NCBI GenBank assembly: GCA_965140765.1
Contig: OZ223309.1
Coordinates: 1,003,470 to 1,067,469 of the forward strand
Direction of reading: 5' to 3'
Source: an uncultured Sunxiuqinia sp.
GTDB lineage: Bacteria > Bacteroidota > Bacteroidia > Bacteroidales > Prolixibacteraceae
DNA length: 64,000 nucleotides
Positions 48,769 to 59,600 of this stretch are shown piece by piece. Numbering within the stretch: the stretch's first letter is position 1; the number at the start of each line of letters is the position of its first letter. The notes beneath the pieces were generated by a model that made no database searches, was not told the DNA's origin, and was given only the letters and a program-made list of their open reading frames with translations. A program made the position numbers and the translations under genes.

Positions 48769-49137
48769 ATGCGCCCCAGATTGAAAGATAAAGAGAAACG
48801 AAAAATAGTCGTCAAGCTATTGATGAACCGCGAAGAAAGGATCAGGTTGGATTCATTGGTCAAACGGGGAAAGTTTGGTTGTACCAGTGATTTTTTAAGA
48901 GTTAAAATATTTGAAGAGTCCAGAAGGAAAACGATCTCTCTGGACGAAGAGGCCAACAGCCAGTTGAAGAGTTTGGATTATGAGTTGAACAAGATTGGGG
49001 TGAACCTGAACCAACTTTCCAAGCGCATGAACTCGTTTGCGGGGTACCGGATGGGCGACAATGACCGGCAGCTACTTAAAAAGGCTTTTGATCAAATGAG
49101 GAACTGCTTGATATTGCTTCAAAGGCACCTCCACTGA
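48769..49137 (+). CDS. Relaxosome accessory ribbon-helix-helix mobilisation protein (MobA/MobC type)
   Basis: RPRL..KEKR...V.L, SDFLR, ELNKIGVNLNQL.K.MN. Confidence 0.85.
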   Translation: MRPRLKDKEKRKIVVKLLMNREERIRLDSLVKRGKFGCTSDFLRVKIFEESRRKTISLDEEANSQLKSLDYELNKIGVNLNQLSKRMNSFAGYRMGDNDRQLLKKAFDQMRNCLILLQRHLH

Positions 49138-49167
49138 CTCTTCCATGAACCAAAAATCCCAAAGACA

Positions 49168-50082
49168 ATGGTTATTAAGATCCACCAGGCTTGCAGTACG
49201 AAAAACGCATTGTTTTACAATGAGCGGAAGGTTGACCGTCATTGGGCTTCGTTTTATCACAGCAGGAATATGCCTGTCTTAAACCCATTCCTGGGAGATA
49301 AAAATGATCGGTACAGGATATTTCAGGAGATTGAAGACCGAAATACCCGTGTTAAAAAGCCTGGATTGCATATATCCGTCAATCCAACTGTTAGTGATAT
49401 GGTCCGATTGGGTGATGTCGGTATCAGAACTGAGATTGGTAACCTGATGGAACACCTTGGCTACGGGAATCAGCCATACCTGGTTTATAAACACGCTGAT
49501 CTGGAACGGGTGCATTTTCATATTGTTTCTACACGTATCGATTGTGAGACTGGAAAGAGGATCAAAGACAGTTACGAGAAGGAAAAGACCCAGCGGTTCA
49601 TCAAAGGGCTTGAAGAAAAACATCAACTGATCAAAGATGAGCCAAGCCAGAAAATGAACTTTCGGTTTTCCGGTTCGAGTAAAAACCTGAAACAAAATCT
49701 GGAAAGCCTGTTTGCCCAGCTCAACCGAATGGAGTTTATTTCTTCCAGGGAAATGTATGACCAGGCGTTGGGACTATTTCAGGTGGAAATAAGACGGGTT
49801 GGCGGAGGGCATCTGGTTTTTGTAACGGATGAAAATGGCATACCTATCCGGCATCCAATAAGAACGAGTGATTTTGAAGAGAAACCGAAATTTTATTTGA
49901 AGGAAGATGTAAATCATATCGAAAAAGTGAGAATGAACCGCAAAGGAGGATTCCCTGAAAATTTAAAAATAGAATTATTGAAGGCGTTGCTCTATCAGTA
50001 CAATGCAAATTCAAAAGATTTCAATAGACGAGTTCGTAAAAGGACATCTGCCACTCGTCAGAAGAGAGGACGAAAATATTGA
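49168..50082 (+). CDS. Relaxase (MOBP-type HUH)
   Basis: N-terminal FYNE (catalytic Tyr), GLHISVNP, YKH.D.ER.HFHIVSTRID. Confidence 0.9.
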   Translation: MVIKIHQACSTKNALFYNERKVDRHWASFYHSRNMPVLNPFLGDKNDRYRIFQEIEDRNTRVKKPGLHISVNPTVSDMVRLGDVGIRTEIGNLMEHLGYGNQPYLVYKHADLERVHFHIVSTRIDCETGKRIKDSYEKEKTQRFIKGLEEKHQLIKDEPSQKMNFRFSGSSKNLKQNLESLFAQLNRMEFISSREMYDQALGLFQVEIRRVGGGHLVFVTDENGIPIRHPIRTSDFEEKPKFYLKEDVNHIEKVRMNRKGGFPENLKIELLKALLYQYNANSKDFNRRVRKRTSATRQKRGRKY

Positions 50083-50191
50083 TGTAACCCCATCGTTTTA
50101 TTAATCTGGATTCAGTCTCGGTACATGTTAAATTTATGGCTTATATTTACAGATTGTATGTTAAACTATATATAATCCAAACGAACTAATA

Positions 50192-52654
50192 ATGAGACCT
50201 CATTTGTATTTTAAAAATCCAGTAGAAGGAGCAAGAACACTAAAAGGGAGACCAGGTGGAGGTGGCAACGATGATGAAAATCAAAATAAGGGCGAAAAGG
50301 ATTACCGAAATTTGGCATCAACCTTTTCTGATTGCCTAGCAAAATATGAACTGGATTATGAAGAAAGAGTCGAGGGTAGAACAATTGAGATCGAAAATCA
50401 TTTTGATTCCATCGAGTTAAATTTTTTTGCAGGATTCGATGAAGTGAAGTTTAAGGCTTATTATATTGATAATTTTGGACTTGAATTGCTACGATTATCT
50501 CATTTTAACCGTAAGGGATTATTTGCTATTGAAGATGAAAAGAAATTTAACTCTTTCTTTAAACAGCTAAAAATTTTTATTAGTAATCAGGAGAATGATG
50601 AAGAAAAATTGTTTGATGCGAAGATTAAGTTCATTAAAACATTTAAGCTCTATTCAACTGCTGATCGAATAGGAAATATCAATGATTACGCTGTAATTCA
50701 TTTGTCATTTATGGGGATTGGATCTTTCATTGAAGATGATGTTGTCGCACCTCAGAAAAATGGATTGTCGTTGTTTCTTGAAGAAAATGGGATAGAATTT
50801 GTCTTTGAGGAAGAATATGGAGAGATATTTAATATCGACGACGATATACTTAAGTTTATTCTGGATAATTTTGACTTCATTTATGCCACATGTTCAGGAT
50901 CCGGAGCTATTGTAACGCCTAGTAAGTTCAATCTGCCTAAGAGGGAATTTGGTTTTGAAATTACTAACCCATACGAGGAACTACCTATTATTGGGGTGAT
51001 TGACTCAGGAGTTTCAGCTCAAACTCCTTTATCTACTATTTTAATAGGAACAGATGGTGAATATGATACAACAGGAACAGGCTCTTTTAATGATAATGCC
51101 AACCATGGAACAGGAGTAGCAGCATTCGCAGCATTTGGAAATAAATTAATCCCGGGATATAATGGAGCTGTGGAGGCTGATGCTAAAATATTGCCTATAA
51201 AAATTATTGATGGTAGCAGAGGGGCTATCTCCCAGAAACAAATAGTTGATCTCATTTGGAAAGCAAATTTTGTATATGGCGTAAGGATTTTTACGCTGAC
51301 AATAGGCTATACGGATTTTCCATTAAAAGACAATCAGGAATTTTCATCATATGCTGCAATGCTGGACAAAGTGGCCTCTGATCTAGATGTATTAATTTTT
51401 ATTTCTACAACCAATCACGTTATAAATAATTTAGCGGTTAAAGATTATCCTGAGAAATTTCAAATTAGCAACGCTAATATAGCACCACCTGCAGAAAGTA
51501 TGAACAATATGACAGTAGGTGCTACGGCAAATAATTTCGAAGACAATGGTGTTTTTGGCCTTGCGGGAAATCAAACATTCCCGGCATTATATTCGCGTAA
51601 ATTTCATTATAATTTTGCGGATGGCGATGTCTTTAATCGTGCCACAATTAACAAGTATTTACGTAAGCCTGACATTTTAATAGGTGGTGGGGATTATTAT
51701 GAAACTTCTTTGTTTGGAATGGAAGTATTGGATGAACAAGGAAAAACATGTTTGGAAGTATTGTCTTCTGATTTAAGGGAGAGGACATTTAAAGCTTTAG
51801 GAACCAGTTATTCAACTCCTCTTGTGGCTAATCTTGCAGCAAGGCTTCTTAAAATATATCCGGATTTAAATATGCAAAGTGTAAAAGCGCTTCTAATCAA
51901 TGCTTCTAGTGAGATTAAGTTGGGAGATATTTTTGATGGTTTCTCAAATAGTATGAAGGATCGTATTATCGGGTATGGAGAGTTGAATGATCAATTTTTA
52001 TTTTCAGATGATGAAAAGGTAACATTGGTTATTGAAGATGTAATACAGATAGATGAAATTAAGTTGTTTCCCCTTAATCTACCTGAGTATTTAAATGAAG
52101 CGCAAAAGAAAAATGGATTATTAAAATTCTCGACAACCTTGTGTTTCAAATTTCAACCCAAAACGAATAATCAATTAACTTATTGTCCTATCCATTTGAC
52201 ATATGTAATTGGTAAAAATGTAGAGATAGAAAATACAGAATGGGAAGAACGAGTAAATGAAGATGGAGAAGTAAATTTAGTTGAAGTGCCTTCAGGATAT
52301 AATGGGAGTAAGTCTGAAAAATATAGGATGGGCAATAAAGGATGGGTTCAGGACTTTTACTATAGAGAAAAGATCGTAAGTAATGTACAGAAAAATGCTT
52401 TCAATGTTAAACGGCAAGATATTATTGATGAAGACAATACTTTCAAACTAGCTATTAATGCTGCATTTCATAAAACCATGACTGATGCAGATAAAGAGTC
52501 ATTCGAAAAGAAAATTCCATTTAGCCTTGTAGTAACTATAGAACAAAAACCGTTAAAGGATGAAAGGTTGGATTCTTTATATGAAGGACTGATGGCCGTT
52601 AATGAGCTAGAAGCTATATCAAAACTGGATCTTGAAGCTGAGGCTGGTTATTGA
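50192..52654 (+). CDS. S8 subtilisin-like serine protease, IetS-like defence/toxin type
   Basis: Catalytic triad GVIDSG, NHGTGVA and GTSYSTP; no signal peptide; adjacent AAA ATPase. Confidence 0.88.
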   Translation: MRPHLYFKNPVEGARTLKGRPGGGGNDDENQNKGEKDYRNLASTFSDCLAKYELDYEERVEGRTIEIENHFDSIELNFFAGFDEVKFKAYYIDNFGLELLRLSHFNRKGLFAIEDEKKFNSFFKQLKIFISNQENDEEKLFDAKIKFIKTFKLYSTADRIGNINDYAVIHLSFMGIGSFIEDDVVAPQKNGLSLFLEENGIEFVFEEEYGEIFNIDDDILKFILDNFDFIYATCSGSGAIVTPSKFNLPKREFGFEITNPYEELPIIGVIDSGVSAQTPLSTILIGTDGEYDTTGTGSFNDNANHGTGVAAFAAFGNKLIPGYNGAVEADAKILPIKIIDGSRGAISQKQIVDLIWKANFVYGVRIFTLTIGYTDFPLKDNQEFSSYAAMLDKVASDLDVLIFISTTNHVINNLAVKDYPEKFQISNANIAPPAESMNNMTVGATANNFEDNGVFGLAGNQTFPALYSRKFHYNFADGDVFNRATINKYLRKPDILIGGGDYYETSLFGMEVLDEQGKTCLEVLSSDLRERTFKALGTSYSTPLVANLAARLLKIYPDLNMQSVKALLINASSEIKLGDIFDGFSNSMKDRIIGYGELNDQFLFSDDEKVTLVIEDVIQIDEIKLFPLNLPEYLNEAQKKNGLLKFSTTLCFKFQPKTNNQLTYCPIHLTYVIGKNVEIENTEWEERVNEDGEVNLVEVPSGYNGSKSEKYRMGNKGWVQDFYYREKIVSNVQKNAFNVKRQDIIDEDNTFKLAINAAFHKTMTDADKESFEKKIPFSLVVTIEQKPLKDERLDSLYEGLMAVNELEAISKLDLEAEAGY

Positions 52655-52663
52655 TCAAGTTCG

Positions 52664-53674
52664 TTAGCTGTTTTTATGGTGAGATAAAAGCTTCTTCCAA
52701 ACTGCTGTATCAACAGAAAAATCTGGATTGATAGAATCTGATGAAAATAAAGTTCTTTTAATTGCGGTTATTAATGTCCTTTGAATAATAAAATATGATA
52801 AGCCAACCGAATAATTTACAATCTCGGTAAGAGCTTTCTTCTCCTTCATTTTAAATGGGGTATTGTCCAGCGTTTTTGAAATAAGTTGGCGGATCTGTGT
52901 TTTATTTGGAATATCTAATTTCATTTTCACATCAAATCGTCGCAATAATGCTTCATCGATCATTTGCAATTGGTTCGTCGCTGCAATAACAATACTCTTT
53001 TGTGGCAAATAGTCAAATAGTTGTAAAATCGTATTTACAACTCTTTTCATTTCTCCATGATCCTGGCTATAATCACGAATCTTCCCAAGCGAGTCGAATT
53101 CATCCAGAAAAATAATGCAGTCTTCGCTTGTTGCTCTTCTGAATATCTTTGCCAGGTTCTTACTCGTCTCACCTAACTTTGAGGAAACAATTGCTCCTAA
53201 ATTAATGACATACATCATCTTTTCAAGTTCCCCGGCCAATACATATGATGCAAGGGTTTTCCCACAGCCTGAGGGACCGTAAAAAAGAATCTTATTTGAT
53301 ACGGGCAATTCGAATTTATTGAGGACTTCGATACCATGATGTTCTTTGACAAAAAATTCCAGTTCTTCCCTTACATCACTGGAACAAACGAGATTATCAA
53401 AAGAGTAATCAGAAGTAAGTTTTTCAATTATTAATTCATTGATCTCTCTTTCGTCCTCTCTTAAATAATATTTTTGCGAACCAACTTTTGCCAATCCTTT
53501 TGTTTGTTGTGCACGTAATCCTTCTTTTAAAATGGATTGCATTTGCAGCGCGAAATTGACTTTTTTGGTTTTTTTCGAATGCTCTATAAACCGATTTAAC
53601 ACATCAAGAAGCTGTTCCTGATCATTTTCGAGGCCATACCTTGCAATATCTTTTATGAAATCAAACTGACTCAT
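52664..53674 (-). CDS. AAA+ ATPase, IetA-like
   Basis: GPSGCGKT, IIFLDEFD, DHGEMKRVVN, AATN, ALLRRFD. Confidence 0.9.
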   Translation of the reverse strand: MSQFDFIKDIARYGLENDQEQLLDVLNRFIEHSKKTKKVNFALQMQSILKEGLRAQQTKGLAKVGSQKYYLREDEREINELIIEKLTSDYSFDNLVCSSDVREELEFFVKEHHGIEVLNKFELPVSNKILFYGPSGCGKTLASYVLAGELEKMMYVINLGAIVSSKLGETSKNLAKIFRRATSEDCIIFLDEFDSLGKIRDYSQDHGEMKRVVNTILQLFDYLPQKSIVIAATNQLQMIDEALLRRFDVKMKLDIPNKTQIRQLISKTLDNTPFKMKEKKALTEIVNYSVGLSYFIIQRTLITAIKRTLFSSDSINPDFSVDTAVWKKLLSHHKNS

Positions 53675-53679
53675 GCTTA

Positions 53680-53687
53680 CAAAAGTA
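53680..53687 (-). promoter_or_regulatory. Bacteroidetes -7 promoter element for the AAA ATPase
   Basis: TACTTTTG on the minus strand matches TAnnTTTG, 5 nt before the ATG. Confidence 0.5.
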
Positions 53688-53833
53688 ATATATTGAACTT
53701 TGCCTTTACAGAGTTAATGACTTTTTTTTCAACAAACAGATGTTTGTATTTGTTTATCAATCACTTTCGTATGTGAACGATGCCTATCCACTCTCATAAT
53801 AAATAAAGGCAAAAAAGTTAAAAGAAACTTTTA

Positions 53834-56578
53834 TCAATTTCGAAAGAAGAATTTTAAGTAAATATCACCTAACTCCGAATTATATTCCATAGATAGATAT
53901 TTCTCCAATTTTACTTTAATCCTTGATTCTTTACTAAATTGTTTAAAAAAAGTTTCTGACTTTTTATTAAAAAGAAGCCAATCTAACTGGAATTTGTCAT
54001 AATCATATTCGTAGAAATCAAATTTTAGTAACCATTCGCAATATGGAGAAATTTTCACATCCTTGGGAATCAATGTGAGTATGTACCTTCTATCAATACC
54101 AAGACGGTAAACTGCAGATATAAAATTTAAGTAAGTGTAGTTTTTATGTTCTTGTTCAATTGGACTGCTAAGCATTTCCTTGACCTCTCTTGAAATACTT
54201 TGATTAACAAACTTCTTGAATATTTCTTCATTTTCAAGTGAAACCAATTCCTGAAGATATAAATCAAGAAAGATCAATGAGCTAATACTATTTTTTTTTA
54301 GATAATCATTAAAAAAATCTGATATCAATTTTTGTTTCTCATTAGTTACAACCTTACTAAGATAAATCAAATGGTGAAAATCCGAACAAGATTTTTTGTT
54401 GGCAATTTTTAAGATTATCATGTCTGCCAAGCTATCGCTAATTCTAAATTGAGCTCTTTCAATTAATATCTTGCTTATGGTCTTGGGTAAATTGGTGTTT
54501 CTTAAATATGCCTTATTTAGCCATAACTCAATCAGTTCTTCCAATTGTTCCGAAGTGAATAATTCCTTTTTTGCATTGATAAAAAACTTAAGTTCATTAT
54601 TTGAGTTAAAAAATAAATTTGACGAGTTAAATCTCAGAAAATTTATTAAGTTAGACACTAAAGTATCTGTTTGGTTATTTTTTTGCAATGCAGTCTTAGA
54701 CAAAAGAAACAAGCAATTACTGAAGATTTCTGCTACTTTTTGTTTGGCGTCAAAACTCTTTGTATACTGAAAAAATTCTTCTTTAGCTGTGAAACCACCA
54801 AAAATGGACTTTTCATGATTGTTTTGTAAAAAATTATTGAAAATTTCGAGAAGTTCATTCAAACAATCCTGTGTTGTAACTATCTGATTAATATTGTTTA
54901 TGGAGAATATTTTCTGTAGCTTCTTTGGTGAAATAAATAAAATCGCATTTAGTATGTGAAACCCGTTAAACTCTTTTAGATGTCCTCTATATTTTTCAAT
55001 TTTGTGACTAATCAATAAAGCCTCAAATATTTTAGATAATATTCCTGTAATATTTCCATACTTATTGCCGATTAGATAGTTCCATTCATAATATCCAAAT
55101 AGTGAGGCCATTTGAGAAAGTAGTTGTCTCACATAGTTTGGCCCTGAAAAACTCCCTTCATTTTCATAGACATCCCTAATTTCGATTATTTGGGCGAATA
55201 AATCATCAACTCTATAACGAGTCTTTGAAATCAATTTTTCTTCTTTGATTTCAATAATAATCCGATGAACATCTGCATCAACATTTTCTTTTATTTCACA
55301 AATTATCTGGTCTAAATCTATTTCCCTAATATAATCCAGAATGGATTCTTTATCTTTTAATGAGTAATTACCTTTTATATCATAATAGAGGTACTTCAAA
55401 TTATAACTAGCTACAAAATATTTCAGAGAATTTTGTTGCCTATATTTTTCCCTCAAATACCTATAAATGAGGTACGCATCTTTATAATTATTAGATGCCA
55501 AATTATATGCGACGTAGCCCGTTTTAAGGTCATAGTCTTCTTCATTTCCCATTGTAGCATCAATATACTCATAGGCTTGAAGAAATTTCAGATCATGATA
55601 TAGACATTGAATACATTGGCAACTCTTTGCGTGATAATCTTTTTGTATTTGAAAAGTTACACTATTATTATCTAAATAAGGGAAAGGGTAGTTCAAATCG
55701 TAACCAAAGATTCCACCCGCTAACTTCAAACGTGCTTTATTCGGATCCCTATAAGATTCTATGTAAAAAACCAAATTTTGATTTAATCTGTTAATGACAT
55801 ACTCGACTTTATCTTCATAATCTTCAACTGATGCTCTCTCTAAAGACACAACTAGTTCCTTAGAAATCTCAATCCTGTCTTTATCTATTTTTACATTTTC
55901 GAAAAACCAATATAACTCCGGATTTAAAGTATATAAAGTAAAGGTCTCATAATGAAAAGCAACCTCCTTTTCGTCATGGAAAGGATAGAGATTAGAGAGA
56001 GTGTTAGGAGGAATAAAATTAAAACCTTCAAATTTTTGAAAAAAATCAAATAGTTGCTGAACGATATGTTTAGATTCCACAATTACACTTTCCAAACTAC
56101 TTTTTGTTTCAATATCGTAAGTTGAACTATTATCACTCGTTACAACTTCGTTTACTTCTTTAGCAAAATCAGCAAGAATTTTCTCTTTATTATCCCCTTT
56201 GTATGAATTTAACGGCTTTGCATCCTTTGGCCTTATTAGATGTGCAGAAATCTGCGGGACTACTTGCCAATTACATGATTTTACAATCAATGGAAAGACT
56301 GAAATACCTTCTTTTGCCCTTCTCTCAAAAAGTCGGGGAACCTCTTCTTCTCTGATAAAGTCAGAATTTAAAAAATTTGTCGATACAATAAGTACTGCTG
56401 CATCTGCTCTTTCTATGGCTTTTATAATCTCAGGATTAATCTCATCCCCACATTTCAAATCTGAATCAGACCAACCTTTTATCTCATTGGAGTACTTTTC
56501 GAAAATTCGTAGATGTTCTTCAACCTTCTTTTTTTCCTCTTCGTCTTTATGACTATAACTAATAAATATACTTTTCAT
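53834..56578 (-). CDS. TIR-domain protein with long helical C-terminal body (DSR2-like)
   Basis: IFISYSHKD...WSD..L..G.....I..AI..A...VLIVS.NFLNSDFI.EEEV TIR with catalytic-position E79, followed by about 750 aa of helical repeats. Confidence 0.85.
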   Translation of the reverse strand: MKSIFISYSHKDEEEKKKVEEHLRIFEKYSNEIKGWSDSDLKCGDEINPEIIKAIERADAAVLIVSTNFLNSDFIREEEVPRLFERRAKEGISVFPLIVKSCNWQVVPQISAHLIRPKDAKPLNSYKGDNKEKILADFAKEVNEVVTSDNSSTYDIETKSSLESVIVESKHIVQQLFDFFQKFEGFNFIPPNTLSNLYPFHDEKEVAFHYETFTLYTLNPELYWFFENVKIDKDRIEISKELVVSLERASVEDYEDKVEYVINRLNQNLVFYIESYRDPNKARLKLAGGIFGYDLNYPFPYLDNNSVTFQIQKDYHAKSCQCIQCLYHDLKFLQAYEYIDATMGNEEDYDLKTGYVAYNLASNNYKDAYLIYRYLREKYRQQNSLKYFVASYNLKYLYYDIKGNYSLKDKESILDYIREIDLDQIICEIKENVDADVHRIIIEIKEEKLISKTRYRVDDLFAQIIEIRDVYENEGSFSGPNYVRQLLSQMASLFGYYEWNYLIGNKYGNITGILSKIFEALLISHKIEKYRGHLKEFNGFHILNAILFISPKKLQKIFSINNINQIVTTQDCLNELLEIFNNFLQNNHEKSIFGGFTAKEEFFQYTKSFDAKQKVAEIFSNCLFLLSKTALQKNNQTDTLVSNLINFLRFNSSNLFFNSNNELKFFINAKKELFTSEQLEELIELWLNKAYLRNTNLPKTISKILIERAQFRISDSLADMIILKIANKKSCSDFHHLIYLSKVVTNEKQKLISDFFNDYLKKNSISSLIFLDLYLQELVSLENEEIFKKFVNQSISREVKEMLSSPIEQEHKNYTYLNFISAVYRLGIDRRYILTLIPKDVKISPYCEWLLKFDFYEYDYDKFQLDWLLFNKKSETFFKQFSKESRIKVKLEKYLSMEYNSELGDIYLKFFFRN

Positions 56579-56619
56579 TCAATTTGTATATTAATGTTTA
56601 CAAGCTAAAATACCGAGTG

Positions 56620-59600
56620 TTACATAATATTATAACGGCTATTTCGACCCTGTTCTATCCAAAAGTCTACCACTTTGTTTTTTATGCCCCAATAACTTAG
56701 CACAAACGCGATTGTTGATAAATGGAGAAAATACGCTGGTTTATAACTATTGTTGAAGTCGTGCAATTTATACCTTTCAAGGATTAGCAATAATTTTTCA
56801 CTGTATTGTTTCAAACAATCTTCATCCTTTAATTCCCTAACCCATATAGCTACCTTTTTTAAGGTAAATAAGAGGTTAGGATCACTTATGGAAAGTATTT
56901 TTGATAAAACAAGCTCAATACAATTCTCAAATGGGGACACTTTTGAATTTTCAAAAAGATACCGAGTTAATTCTTCCAACGCATGAAAGTAATATTCTTC
57001 GGTATCATCCATGAGTCTTTGAAGCAAACTACCTTCACCTTTCTCAATTGACAATAGACGATCTATTTTTTCTGTAATTTTCTCATAATCAGTTAGTCTC
57101 TTTAAGGCATGTTCTTCTTTAAGAAGGAAGATTCTCATTTCATCCAGCAGGTCTTTAAAATTTAATAATATTTTATTCCGATTTCCCCATTTTTCTATTT
57201 TAGAAAGTTCTCTTCTTAAAGTATTATATAGCGATAGCGTTTCTTCTCTTGACCATTTTATTCCATCGGAAAGAGATTTATTTTTTGTGAAATTGCGTAA
57301 TTGGATGAAATGTTCATTTGTTGCAGACATGCGGCCGTCTTTATCAAATCTTACCCCTGAAGCAAATAGATATTTGCTTTTTAATATTGCTGTTTTTAAA
57401 TTATTGATAATCCTTACATTGTTTTGTGCAAAAATTAAAACAACATACCAAATATTATAACTATCAAATTTGCCAAGATCAGTATTTTCAAGGTATTCTT
57501 TTATTTTTGTTTTTTGTTTAAAATTGATTATCGGCTCCAAATTTCCCAGTAGATACATCGACCGTATGAAATGAGTAGGAATTTCTTCTATCATTTCCTC
57601 TATTTGCAGTTTTATAGATGTTCTTATCAAATATTTTTCGGAATGCTTAATTATTTTTCTGCTCGAAAGAATATATAAATAATTAATAGCTAATTCACTT
57701 TTATGTCTGTTATTCAAAATTGATTTAATTATATGTGCTATGGTTTTATTGGTTGCCAAATAACTTAAACTCTTTTTCACAAATGAATGTATGGGGAAAG
57801 CTATTTCGGAGAACTGCTTACCTTCTCTTAGTTGTAAATCCCAAATTTTTAAAAAAGTGTTTTCCCATTCATTTGCCGGAATAGCTGCAACTATTTCTGA
57901 TAAAAAGTACAGTATGCTATCTTTAATTTTTTCAAGGGTTGCTTCGGATATATATGCTCTATAAAGCGATTGATAAATTTCTGATAATTTCTCGTTTAGT
58001 TTTTCTGAATTGACAAAGTCTTGTCCTATCCTTTTTGTAAAATTACCATCTTGATATTGAAGACTGTAATAAAGGGCAGGAAAAGGAAATTCTTCAAATA
58101 CTAGCTTGAAGGATGGATACCAATCTTTATGGTCTATAAATCTGGCATTTTGAACCTCAAGAAATAACCCCGATTGAATTAAATATTGCACATATTGAAC
58201 CCCCAACAAGAACCTATCATTTCCTGACATGTCATGGTAGAAATCAAAATCTCCTCTCGGATAAGGTCTTATGCTATTATCTATATTCTTGTTGATTTTA
58301 TCAGATAGAATCTCAATATTATTTCGAATGTCTTTAGCTCCAAGCGCTTTAAGCTTATTGATCTCATCAAGAATTTTATCATCTCTTTCCCATCTCACTG
58401 AGCTTCTTGTGAGTAGAAGAAGATAATAGGTATTGATTTTTTCCTGATTTGATAAACTAGAAAAAGATGCCAAATCTTTTACAAAATCTTCTAATAGATT
58501 ATATGCATCTTTTGGGTTGATTTGTGCTAATAAAGAAGCTTTAAGAGCAACATAATGGGCATTAGGTGTCCAATTATTCAGATGGAATAATAAGTCGGGA
58601 AAACTGAAATTGAATGCATGATAAAGAGCTTTTTCATACATTAGTTCGTCATCATTATCCTTCGATAGCTTCTTTTCAAAAATTTTATCAAAAGCCAAAT
58701 TTGGGTTACTTAGAATAGTCCCTCTTATATGCAATAAGTTCAATGGTCTTGCAAAAGGAACCGGGACATTATCTTTAATTTTTTCAAATGTTTGGTCAGG
58801 TATTACGTGCATAGAAAAGATTAAATAGGAGTCGTTTAATGACAATAGTAGTAACTTGAAAAAGAAAGGTAAAATTTCGTGTGAACTAAAATATTTATAG
58901 TTTCTATCGATATATCTCAAAAAATCTGTTGATGTATTTTGCTCATAAACATCAAAATTTTTCACTTTGGAATACGCTTTTAGCTCCCAGAGCTTGTCAA
59001 TATTTTCGATCAGTTTCTCTTCATCCATAGCATGCCCAAACACGCTTTTACTAAGCTCCTCCCATATACTTTTATAAGATTTAATTCTTTCTTCTTCAGT
59101 AACGTTGTTTTTATTGTCTGACAGATAAGTTAGAAATTTTTTAAGTACTACTTTCCCTTCACGGTTTGTTGTTCCTAAAAACTCTCTAATTTCATTAGAA
59201 GCTAGTGAAATTTTGACTATTCGATGATTTTTAAAAAATAGTTCTTTATCAATTGTCAGTTCATCATTTCCAATATCAACTAAATAAATCTTAAAACTAT
59301 TGTTTAAAGATTCTTCCTTGTTATTGGCCGTTTGGTAGGATTTTTTTTCGATAATATCCCTAACCCAATTTATCCATGCAATAAAATTAGGATCTATTCC
59401 GGAAAAACCGATGAGACAAAAGGAATCTTGTAAGAGTGTAATTCTCATTAATTGAGTAAAAGCTTCATGCTTTTGGGGATAGTCTTGATAATCATCTTTA
59501 CAAATTACATATCGTTTATGGACATCTCCGTCAAATCCAAAAAAATTCTCTTCTCTATCCAGGGGGATCGACCCATGAAGTTTAATGATATTCCTGTTTT

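Noticed and set aside
37641-49695. Numerous 60-165 aa antisense or alternate-frame ORFs within the tra and mob genes
   Set aside because: Fully nested in well-supported genes; expected by chance in GC-richer coding DNA.
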